A stretch of 64,000 nt of DNA from Octopus vulgaris (taxonomy: Eukaryota): positions 49,786,001-49,850,000 of the forward strand of contig OX597818.1 in NCBI GenBank assembly GCA_951406725.2, read 5' to 3'. The position numbers were made by a program, and so were the translations under genes. The notes under the pieces are model-generated. The model was given only the letters and a program-made list of their open reading frames with translations, made no database searches and was not told the DNA's origin. Positions 13,201-25,000 of the stretch are shown in pieces (position 1 is the stretch's first letter; the number at the start of each line of letters is the position of its first letter).

Positions 13201-15031
13201 GCTGCTGCTGCATTCACATGAATATCCTAAATCATATCCAAAGGAAAGTCATCTGGTTGGTCGATAAAGTTTTACTTGCCAACACGCCAATCTCTGGCTC
13301 GTAGACACATTGTCTCTTTACTTTTCCTTTCTTATTTCTTTATTGCCCACAAGGGGCTAAACATAGAGGGGACAAACAAGGACAAACAAAGGGATTAAGT
13401 CGATTACATTGACCCCAGTGTGTAACTGGTACTTAATTTATCGACCCCGAAAGGATGAAAGGCAAAGTCGACCTTGGCGGAATTTGAACTCAGAATGTAA
13501 AGACAGACAATATACTGCTAAGCATTTCACCCGGCGTGCTAATGTTTCTGCCAGCTCGCTGCTTTCCTTTCTACTACTAGTTATACACACACACTCTCTC
13601 TCTCTCTCTCTCTCTCTCATTAGCTATACTATGTCTGCTTCTCCAGAACATGCATCAACCACAATTCCCAATCATCTGAGTTCTCTTGCAATTTGTAAGG
13701 TCCAGTCAAGGTTCTGAGCACAATCTTTTTTTTCCTGACTAAACAATAAAAATAAAGGATAGTAGTAATAAAATGCAATAAACAGTAGTAATTTGGAAAT
13801 TTTAATAATATATCTCAATATACAAACCTAGGATAACTCTGTTGTTGGTATGAACTTTTATTAGAATAATCTGGATTTAAGGCAATGGTTTGGTTGTAGT
13901 TTTCCATTCCATAACCAGCATTTGCAGAACCAGAATGGGTACGATATTTTTGTGCTAAAGGACCTGAAAAATAGAGTTAAGTCAAGTATTTTCCTTCATG
14001 CTGTTTGAGTTACATAATATGTTTCCAGAACCATTCTCCCAAGATAAAGAGAAAGTTGTAAAAATCCTTCTCTCTCTCTCTCTCCACATGCTAGAAGTCA
14101 ACTCAAGATTGACAAAGACCCCTGCTTAGATAAACTTCACTGTAAAAAACATTTTAAGTTTGGTTTCCCCATTGCTGATAATAATAATAATAATAATGAA
14201 ATTATTGTATACAGTGCTCAGGTGCACCACAACTTGTCAAAAGTGCATATAAAGTACATGCAGTAATGTACAAATGTCTGGAAAGCGAACAGTGTATGAG
14301 TCAGATACATGCTTGTGTATGTATGGAGGGGATAAAATCAGGTGTAGTGTTGGCGAATCTCAGGAAGCATGGAAGTTTTGAAGGATGCAGTGTTCCGACA
14401 ACTAACAACTGATGCCGGCAGTTTGATGATGGCTCACATGGCTCCAAAGGCCTGCAAGGCACTTAGGAGTTCTTTCACACAGACCTCAAATCAGCCTTCC
14501 AGCAAAAGTTCAACCATCTGGATGTTGGGACCTACAATGCTGAATGAGTCCACTAACTGACCTGCACATACTGCTACACAAGGTGTGAGAGAACATGCTG
14601 GTTATCAGTGTAGGCAAGGGAACCTACATGATCAGGTTTGGGGCTAAGGAGGCCTGCCTTGAGAAGCAGACACAGCCACACTGATCACGCACACATGCAC
14701 ATACACATATGTAGCCCATAGCTTATAGTTGAAGACATCAGGTAATAGTGTCTAGGCAATGAAAACGAACTCTAAATCATGTGGTTTTGAAACAAACATT
14801 TTAACCACATGGCCATGTCATCATGTGTACACACACACATTTATTAAACTTTTACAAGAGAGGCGCAGGAGTGGCTGTGTAGTAAGTAGCTTGCTAACCA
14901 ACCACATGGTTCCGGGTTCAGTCCCACTGCGTGGCATCTTGGGCAAGTGTCTTCTGCTATAGCCCCGGGCCGAACAATGCCTTGTGAGTGGATTTGGTAG
15001 ACGGAAACTGAAAGAAGCCTGTCGTATATAT

Positions 15032-15073
<42 letters not shown>

Positions 15074-15979
15074 GTTTGTGTGTCTGTGTTTGTCCCCCTA
15101 GCATTGCTTGACAACCGATGCTGGTGTGTTTACGTCCCCGTCACTTAGCGGTTCGGCAAAAGAGACTGATAGAATAAGTACTGGGCTTACAAAGAATAAG
15201 TCCCGGGGTCGATTTGCTCGACTAAAGGCGGTGCTCCAGCATGGCCGCAGTCAAATGACTGAAACAAGTAAAAGAGTAAAGAGAGAGAGGAATCTGTGAC
15301 ACTGAAGTTTCAACACACTAAACTCCGTTCGATTGTAAGCCCTTGTAAAAGTTTAAAAAGCAGGTGCTCCATTAAAAATGCATTGAGTAATTCCTCAATT
15401 TAGTGTTTAATTGTTTTCATACATAACTTGACATAAAAACTAACATTTACGCACACACACACACAAGCTGGCTGATATGTGAATAAACTTTGTGTATTTA
15501 TGCTTCACTCCAAGATTTTATTTCAAAGTAATTAGTATAAAAACAATTTAGAGATAATTATCATCAATAAAAGTCACTAGTATAATATATATATATAGGC
15601 GCAGGAGTGGCTGTGTGGTAAGTAGCTTGTTTACCAACCACATGGTTCCGGGTTCAGTCCCACTGCGTGGCATCTTGGGCAAGTGTCTTCTGCTATAGCC
15701 CCGGGCCGACCAATGCCTTGTAAGTGGATTTGGCAGACGGAAACTGAAAAAAGCCTGTTGTATATATGTATATATATATATGTGTGTGTGTTTGTCCCCC
15801 TAGCATTGCTTGACAACCGATGCTGGTGTGTTTACTTAGCGGTTCGGCAAAAGAGACCGATAGAATAAGTACTGGGCTTACAAAGAATAAGTCCTGGGGT
15901 CGATTTGCTCGACTAAAGGCGGTGCTCCAGCATGCCACAGTCAAATGACTGAAACAAGTAAAAGAGTAAAAGAGAGTAA

Positions 15980-16028
<49 letters not shown>

Positions 16029-19000
16029 AAGAGAGAGATAGTAAAGATCTTACCTTTAGACATTGGGGCACCAGTTGATGGAGCCATCATAGAACTCATA
16101 TGTGTTGGATAAGATGGAATTTGTGGTGCGGCAGCTGAACCATTCGTACTAGGATACTGATTTTGTCCAAAATATGAACTAGGGGTAGTCGTAGTTCGAA
16201 ACTGGCTGATTGCTTGAACCTGAAATAAATTCAAAATGGAAATCAACAATATTAAATGACATTAACCAAATACAGTGTCAACAGAGATTCTATAAACTCT
16301 ACTTAACCCTTTTGTTACTGTATTTATTTTGAGATGCTCTGTATTTCTTTCAATTAATTTTAAATATAACAAAGACTTTAGTAAAATAACTTAGTTATCA
16401 TTCAGCTAGTGTTAGGAACATAAATTGTGACTAAAGTTTGGTGGAAGATTTTAATTCAAAACTTATGAAAATAAGACATTTGTACTACAGAGCCAGAGCT
16501 GGTTTCAGCTGGGTTGGTAATGAAAGGGTTAAGAATTGTTTCTCTATCATATATTTTAACCCTTTTGCGACCATATTTCTGTTGAGATGCTCTGTGTTTC
16601 TTTCAATTAATTTTAAATATAACAAAGAATTTAGTAGAATAACTTAATTATCATTAAGCTAGTGTTAGAAACACAAATTTTGACTAAGGTTTGGTAGAAG
16701 ATTTTAATTCAAAACTTATGAAAACAAGACATTTGTACAACAGAGCCACAGGTGGTTTCAGCCGGGTTAGTAACGAAAGGGTTAATTACTTTAAATTCTG
16801 AGGGGTTTATGTTTATTTACTAGCTGTCAGAAGAGAAAAGGTAGCAGTTGTTGCCTTTTCAGGGTATTTGTAACTGGGGAAAGTTATTTTGAGATCAAAG
16901 ACCTGCCCAAATGTCCACTAAGGACCCCCAGGTGCCAGGCGTTGATATTAAAAAGTGTATCTACTACACCAATTTTTTTTTTTATTTTGTGAAATTTTGG
17001 CTTAAGATTGAGTTGGACAATATTATATAAATTTAATAAACGATATTAATGATTAATTAATAAGCGTGATTTTTTTTGCATAAGTTATCCATTCTTCAAG
17101 AATCCAAGCTAGAGTTGTCAGAATTTTATTTCACTTACCTAATTGCTTTTCTATGTTAAGTGTAGAGCAGTCTATCAATCACCATAAAACAAACATAAAA
17201 TATTGTTACCATTTGCTATCATGTTTAAATCATCATCATCATTTAATGTCTATGTTCCATGCCGGCACAGATTTGCTAGACAAAAGGCTTAGCGGCATTT
17301 TGTCTGTCTTTACGTTCTGAGTTCAAATTCCACCGAGGTTGACATTGCCTTTCATCCTTCCAGGATTGATAAATTAAGAACCAGTCAAGCACTAGGGATT
17401 GATGTAATTGACTAGTTCCCCCTTAAAATTTCAGGCCTTGTGCCAATAGTAGAAAGGATTTTATTAATTATGGAATATTGTGAACGTCTGTGAAGGTGAT
17501 AATAAAATTTTATGTATAAGAGTGTTCACAATATTACTTAATAAAGTCAATATTTTGTTAGGTGTTAATTCATCATTAATTAATTAATGACTCAATGTCA
17601 GTTTGAAATGGTGACATTTGTTTCCTAAAATGCTTTTAGAAATGATAGGAATTGCAAAAATATGAAAATTCACTTCCTCATAACTTAAAAAAAAATTGCT
17701 TTCAGGTACAGGTTTTGATGAAAGACAGAAAACTAAAACTTCAAAAGACAATTTACTTCCACTTATAAATACCTATTTCTTTACTACCCACAAGGGGCTA
17801 AACACAGAGGGGACAAACAAGGACAGACAAACAGATTAAGTTGATTACATCGACCCCAGTGCGTAACTGGTACTTAATCTATTGACCCCGAAAGGATGAA
17901 AGGCAAAGTCGACCTCGCCGGAATTTGAACTCAGAATGTAACGGCAGACGAAATACCTATTTCTTTACTACCCACAAGGGGCTAAACACAGAGGGGACAA
18001 ACAAGGACAGACAAACGAATTAAGTCGATTACATCGACCCCAGTGCATAACTGGTACTTAATTTATCGACCCCGAAAGGATGAAAGGCAAAGTCGACCTT
18101 GGCGGAATTTGAACTAAGCACGTAACGGCAGACGAAATATGGCTACGCATTTCGCCCGGCGTGCTAACATTTCTGCCAGCTTGCCACCAATTATAAATAC
18201 CAATGATACAAACATACTACTAACATTGGTATCGCCGGTTTTAATACCCACTCCCAACCTCACACACACACATTTAGTTAAGGTGGGGTTTTTTTTCCTG
18301 TAGCCTTCTTTCTGTACTTTTCTTGCCTTGCAAGCTACTTGGCAATTTCCCAAGTACTGATGGCATAAAAAAAAGTACCCACCACACTCTGTACTGTGGT
18401 TGGTGTTAGGAAGGGCATCCAGTTGTAGAAACCACGCCAAAGCTGACATTAGAATTCAATGTGACACTATGGCTCACCAGATCCTGTCAAACTATACAAT
18501 CTATGACAGCGTGGTAAACAAACATTAAATGATGATAGTGATGATGATGATGATGAAGATGGTGATGGTGATGGCGATGATGTCAAATATTGCACTGACT
18601 TAAATTCAATAAAAAACAGAAAGTGTAAAACCTCGTTAAATTTGACCTGTTGTGGGTTCAATCCAAGTCTTTGTTCTTCCTGTTGTTTCTGGAAAGATTG
18701 ATTCTGTTGCAGATTCGGCTGGTACAAATTTTGTGGCGCTTGTCCATAAGCCTGTTGGGGTTGTGACGCTTGATAAGGCTTTTGTTGTTGATGTAGTTGT
18801 TGATGTTGTTGATGATGTTGTTGCTGTTGTTGTTGCTGTTGTTGTAGTTGCTGCTGCTGCTGCTGTTGTTGTTGTTGTTGTTGTTGGCTCCTTTGAGCCC
18901 CTTCTGGAAGGATTTCGACTTTTTGAAACGGAAAAGCTGGTTGTTGCACACCCGCTACATTCCCATTGAGAGCATGAAACAAACGGTCCTTCATTGAATC

Positions 19001-22000
19001 TAGGGCAGGCTGGGAACAGAAAAAAAATTACATGAATAAGAATAAATAATTACAAACAAAACTTAAAATAAGATTTATAATTTACATAGTGCTAGTGCAT
19101 GTATATACAGCTGTGTGCGTGCGCACATACACTCGAGTACTGTCCAAATCTCCGACCAATCACATACAGCTAGCTGGCATTCAATTGGCGTATCAAGTTT
19201 TTGGACATTTTGATTGGGTTTTGGATAGAAAATTCACAAAAATGTTGATTTTTTTAATGGCTTTGCGGGGTGACTGGAGAAATGTAAAGATGTGCACGAC
19301 CACCCTTGGACGGTTTTGAATGACCATAGAAAGTGTGAGCCCTCTAACTGAAAAATTGTGGATTTGTATAAAGGACACGCACACACAGACAGACATTTTG
19401 CCATTTATATATATAGAGAGATAACTTTCAGATAGAAACAATACTATAAATCAATGTTCCATTTTTACTAAAGAAGATACTGTTACTTAAAATTTAATTC
19501 ATAATTACCCCTGGAAATGAGTTCATGTAATTAATGGCAGTATTCAAATTTCCTTGTGCAGCAAGAATTGAGGCATATTTGCAAAGTTTATCAGCAACTA
19601 ATCCTTCTTTTATTGGTATTTCTTGGCCTTGAGAAAATTCAACAGCTTTGCGTAATAACATGACTTTTTCAACCAGGTCCTAAAATCGAAAGAAAAGATT
19701 GTAAAATAGAATATTTCAATTAGTCAATGTATACATTTGTAGTCACCGTTGATGTCATTATTCTCTGTCTTAACTTGAAAAACTTCAAAATTTTCCCTTT
19801 TTCCTGCAATTTCCGACAAGTTAAAAAAAGATATAAAATCCTTTATCAGTTATACTAACCTGAAGAGCTGAGGGCTCATTTGCATTCTGTGAATTTTGTT
19901 GCCAATTTTCAACAAGTTTTTCAACATTTCCCGAACAAATATAACACAAACTAGCATTGACTGATGATTCCTTCTCAGCTTCAAGTCGACTTCCCAAGGA
20001 ATCTAAAGAAGAAAAAAAACAAAACATTTCATTATATTTTCATTATTGCAAACAAAAAAATGAGAAGAGATACAAAATCTAATTTAGTTGTGAGAGTTAA
20101 TCTGAAAATTAAATTGAAATTGGAAATTTAGAAGTTTTATATGAAACAATTACAAATAGGTGCTGGAGTCATATAAAAAGCACCCATGTTGGTGTCACAC
20201 AAAAAACACCTGTGCAGGTGTCATGTAAAAAATCCCCAGTACACTCTATAAAGTGGTTGGTGTTAAGAAAGGATTCAGCTGTAGAAACCTTGCCAAAACA
20301 GACAATTGGATCTAGGTGCAGCTCTCTGGCTTGCCAGCTTTTGTCAAACTGTCCAACCCATGCCGGCATGGAAAACAGATGCTAAATGCTGCTGAGAATG
20401 ATGTATGAGCGAACAAGAGAGCCTATACAGGTCAAATTTCACTCAAACTACACCCTACCATCTTAAAAAGAAAGGACGACTTTGATTATAGGTTTGTTTG
20501 AAATCATTCAACATCAATGGAAATTGTAGCTGTGATACCAGTGCTGGTGGCACGTAAGAGAACCATCCGAATGTGGCCGTTGCCAGCGCCGCCCCGACTG
20601 GCCTCTGTGCCGGTGGTACGTAAAAAGCACCATCCGATTGTGGCCGTTGCCAGCCTCGTCTGGCACCTGTGCAGGTAGCACATAAAAAGCACCCACTACA
20701 CTCTCAAAGTGGTTGGCGTTAGGAAGGGCATCCAGCTGTAGAAACACTGCCAGATCAGACTGGGCCTGGCGCAACCTTCTGGCTTCCCAGACCCCAGTTG
20801 AACCGTCCAACCTATGCTAGCATGGAAAACGGACGTTAAACGATGATGATGATGATGATAGGAGACAGGAGGACCAACTGCAACAACATAAAGTATTTCA
20901 GAATATATAAAAAAATTAAGGCATGCTATATGATTAAGAAGTTCACTTTGTAACCATATAGTTTTGAGTTCAATCCTAGTGCAAAGTACCTTGGGCAAAT
21001 TTCTTCTACTATAGACCTAGGCTGACCAATGTTTTGTGAGTGAGTTTGGTGGATAAAAAACACTCTGTGTGTGTGTGTGTGGAGAGATATATGTGTATGT
21101 GTGAGTGCACGCATGTGTCTGATGTTTTTCTTTGACTTGACATTTTAAGGGTCACCAGACAAAGTCACCAATCAGACAAACGGTGTCACTTATTTGCAAT
21201 CTTTCATGAAAACATGCCCAGCCATTGGGTTGCTGCTTTTTCGAAGAACTATAGGAAATATTGTCTCATTTGGAGACAGATGCGGGTTGGCAATAGGAAA
21301 AGCATGCAACAATAGAAAACCTACCTCAAACAAGTTTCATCAGGCGCAACAAGTATGGAAGAGTAACTGTTAAAACAATAATGATGATCATGAACACTAA
21401 AGGAAAGTCAAGTAAATAATTGAAATTATAACTTACCACATAGAAAAGAAAATTCTTCTGGAGAAGTATATGTTATAAGTACAGCTAGAGCTTCTTTCCA
21501 GTTCTCCAGGTTACAGGTTTGAATGACATGAGTCCAGTCATGAGTCACAATTGATGAAATTAACTGAAGAAGAACAGAATAACCATTATCAAATCAGCAT
21601 ATTTATTTTATATATATATGTATATAAAAATCAACAATTAAAAAAATATATACTGGGAACAAAATGAAAGAAATTGATCTTTGGTCTATTCTATTATAAT
21701 CATAATTCTGCATAACACTAATTTAATTTTGATGCTGAATTCAACAATTTGCGAAAGATGGCAACAGCTCTCATGTTAAATATCCAAATGGACATGGGTT
21801 ATAATCCTAATTCTGCATAACACTAATTTAATTTTGATGTTGAATTCAACAATTTGCGAAAGATGGCAACAGCTCTCATGTTAAATATCCAAATGGACAT
21901 GGGTTATAATCCTAATTCTGCATAACACTAATTTAATTTTGATGTTGAATTCAACAATTTGCGAAAGATGGCAACAGCTCTCATGTAAAATGTCCAAATG

Positions 22001-25000
22001 GACATGGGCAATATAATTTTTACTACCTTTGAAAACTAAAAATTGCCATGTATCTCCTCTATAGCAAGACACCTTTGCTTGTCACCCTGTCATACTTTAG
22101 CCTCTCAACAACTGGCATAAAGCCAGCTCTATCTCTCTCAAACATTCACCCCACTTACTCTCTCTTTTTTACTCTTTTACTTGTTTCAGTCATTTGACTG
22201 TGGCCATGCTGGAGCACTGCCTTTAGTCGAGCAAATCGACCCCAGGACTTATTCTTTGCAAGCCTAGTACTTATTCTATCGGTCTCTTTTGCTGAACCGC
22301 TAAGTTACGGGGATGAAAACACACCGCCATCGTTTGTCAAGCGATGTGGGGGGGGACAAACACAGGCACACAAACATATACACACACATACATATATATA
22401 TACACATATATACGATGGGCTTCTTTCAGTTTCTGTCTACCAAATCCACTCACAAGGCTTTGGTCAGCCTGAGGCTATAGTAGCAGACACTTGCCCAAGG
22501 TGCCATGCAGCGGGAATGAACCCGGAACCATGTGGTTGGTAAGCAAGCTAGTTTTTTTAAATTATATTTTATATCTTTTTACACCTTTCCCTGCTTTGTT
22601 TTTCTGTCAAGCAAATTACTTGGCAACCTCAATAGTGCCAGTGGCACAACCCCCCCTCCCATTACACACTGTAAAGTGGTTGGCGTTAAAAAGGGCATCC
22701 AGCTATAGAAACCATGCCAAATCTGACACTAGATCCTGGCACAGCCCTGCAGCTTGCTGGATCCTGTCAAACCACCCAACTCATACCAGCATGAGAAATG
22801 GATAAAAAAAAAAAAACGATGATGATGACAGCCATTTAAAATAAGGCCAGGTCAATTGAACATACAGTTGCCAAATAAAGATGTTTGCTGTATTACCAAA
22901 ACACTGCTTTTAATGATATTGATTTCTGCACACTGGTGCATAGCAATGGTACATAGAAATGTCCATTTTTAAGGGATGTTATCATCATCATCATCATCAT
23001 CATTGTTTAACGTCCGCCTTCCATGCTAGCATGGGTTGGACGATTTTGACTGAGGGCTGGCAAACCAGACGGCCGCACCAGGCTCCAATCTTGATCTGGC
23101 AGAGTTTCTACAGCTAGATGCCCTTCCAAATGCCAACCACTCCGAGAGTGTAGAGGGAGCTTTTTATGTGCCACCGGCACGGGGCCAGTCAGGCAGTACT
23201 GGCAATGACCTCACTTGAATCTTTTTACACATGCCACCGGCACAGGTGACATTATGCTGAATATGAAAGTTGGCTTACTCGGCTCAAAGAACTGTGATTA
23301 GTGCTGAAATATTTATTCTGTGTACGTCGAAGCAAATCGGGACCACCTGCTATGGCAAGTAAAATAGCTTCAGCCATTTGATTTTCATGAAGACACATCT
23401 CAACTGCAGCTTCAAAATTGCCCATTAATAATGCTTGACTAAGCAAGCCATTTGCATCTGAAATAAAAAGAATTATTACTTTGTAATTATTAATGTATCT
23501 TATTCAAAATATACACAGCAAGTTATTATGTAGCATAAATCAGTAAACTGGATTATCGTATTTCATAAATATGTCATTGGATAGATGGATGGATGGATAG
23601 GCGGGCTGACAATATGGAAAAACAAAGCATTTGCTGCTTGTTTGTTTGTTATTGAGCAAAGCGGTCTTCGTCCCAGTGGGAGAAGTCCGAAACGTGGTCC
23701 TTTGCTATTCGTAAGACCCGCAGAATAGAAAGCAGGTCAACCCCCAACACCAAGAGCATCGATGGATGGATGAATGCGCATCCAGGCTCAGCGGTTGCAT
23801 AGGAAGTCGGGGGCAAGAAACAGGAAGAAAGAGTGAGAGTAAGTTGGAGCGAAAGAGTACAACAGGGGTCGCCACCCCCCCCTGCCGGAGCCTCTTGGAG
23901 CTTTAAGTGTTTTCGCTCAGTAAACACACACAACGCCCGGTCTGGGAATCGAAACTGCGATCCTCCGACCATGAGTCCGCTGCCCTAACCACTGGGCCAT
24001 TGCGCCTCCACAGCATTTGCTGCTGAAATTAGAGTTATTAAAGTATTCAAACTTTCAATGAAGTAAACTAATATTACCAATAATTTTGAATGAATTCCAT
24101 TATGAGAATGAAATTATGTAAATATATATAGTTAAAAGAAAAACTTCAAGGAACATTTCTATTTCTTTATCATCATGTAATAAACATAAGACAGGATCTT
24201 TACTTTTTGACCGACAGATTTAAAAAATAATTTTTTGTAACTAAACACTTTCAAACTTCGGATACTGGTAGAATGTGTCATATAAAACATCTTTTACTCT
24301 TAGCATTTTTGAGAAAAACTTATATTTACAAAGTTATTTCATGTTAAAGTTCTCGTATTTCTGTAATTTCAACCAATCAATGACATGTATTCAGCTGAAT
24401 AAAATTGCTGCTGTTGTTTGTCAACAACAACTATTGGCAGTGTATTTTTCATTTGTCACTGTTATTTATGACAACCCTAAAACCCTAACTCTAACCTTAA
24501 AACCGTAACCCTAACCCTAAAACCTTAAAGCTAAAACCAATACAAACGCATGAACGATGTCATAAATAACGGTGACAAACGAAAAATACACCGCCGATAG
24601 TTGTTGTTGACAAACAACGGCAGTAATTTTATTCAGCTGAATACATGTCATTGATTGGTTGAAATTACCGAAATATGACAACTTTAACGTGAAATAACTT
24701 TGTAAATATAAGTTTTTCTCAAAAATGCTAAGAGTAAAAGATGTTTTATATGACACATTCTACCAGTGTCTGAAATTTGAAAGTGTTTAGTTACAAAAAA
24801 ATTATTTTTTAAAATCTGTCGGTCAAAAGGTAAAGATCCATAAGACAATATACAAACCTGAATTAGTGGATATTGTGAGGGGAGTTCTTGAGCTTGATGT
24901 ATCTGATAAACTTGAATGAGCTGGAATAGGCATTGGGGATTGTGATCCAGACAGATTCCGTTGTTGCAAGGTAATATCTTCAAATAACGAAGATGCTTCA

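Noticed and set aside
14862-14935. tRNA genes at SINE heads (also 23940-24010, 25582-25646, 47640-47710)
   Set aside because: No complete cloverleaf; each continues into a multi-copy repeat body
18652-18969. Val/Ala-rich plus-strand ORF and Asn-rich minus-strand ORF
   Set aside because: Antisense and alternate frames of the Sec31 polyQ exon
24474-24530. Telomere or chromosome-fusion scar
   Set aside because: Short, degenerate and inside a TSD-flanked MITE
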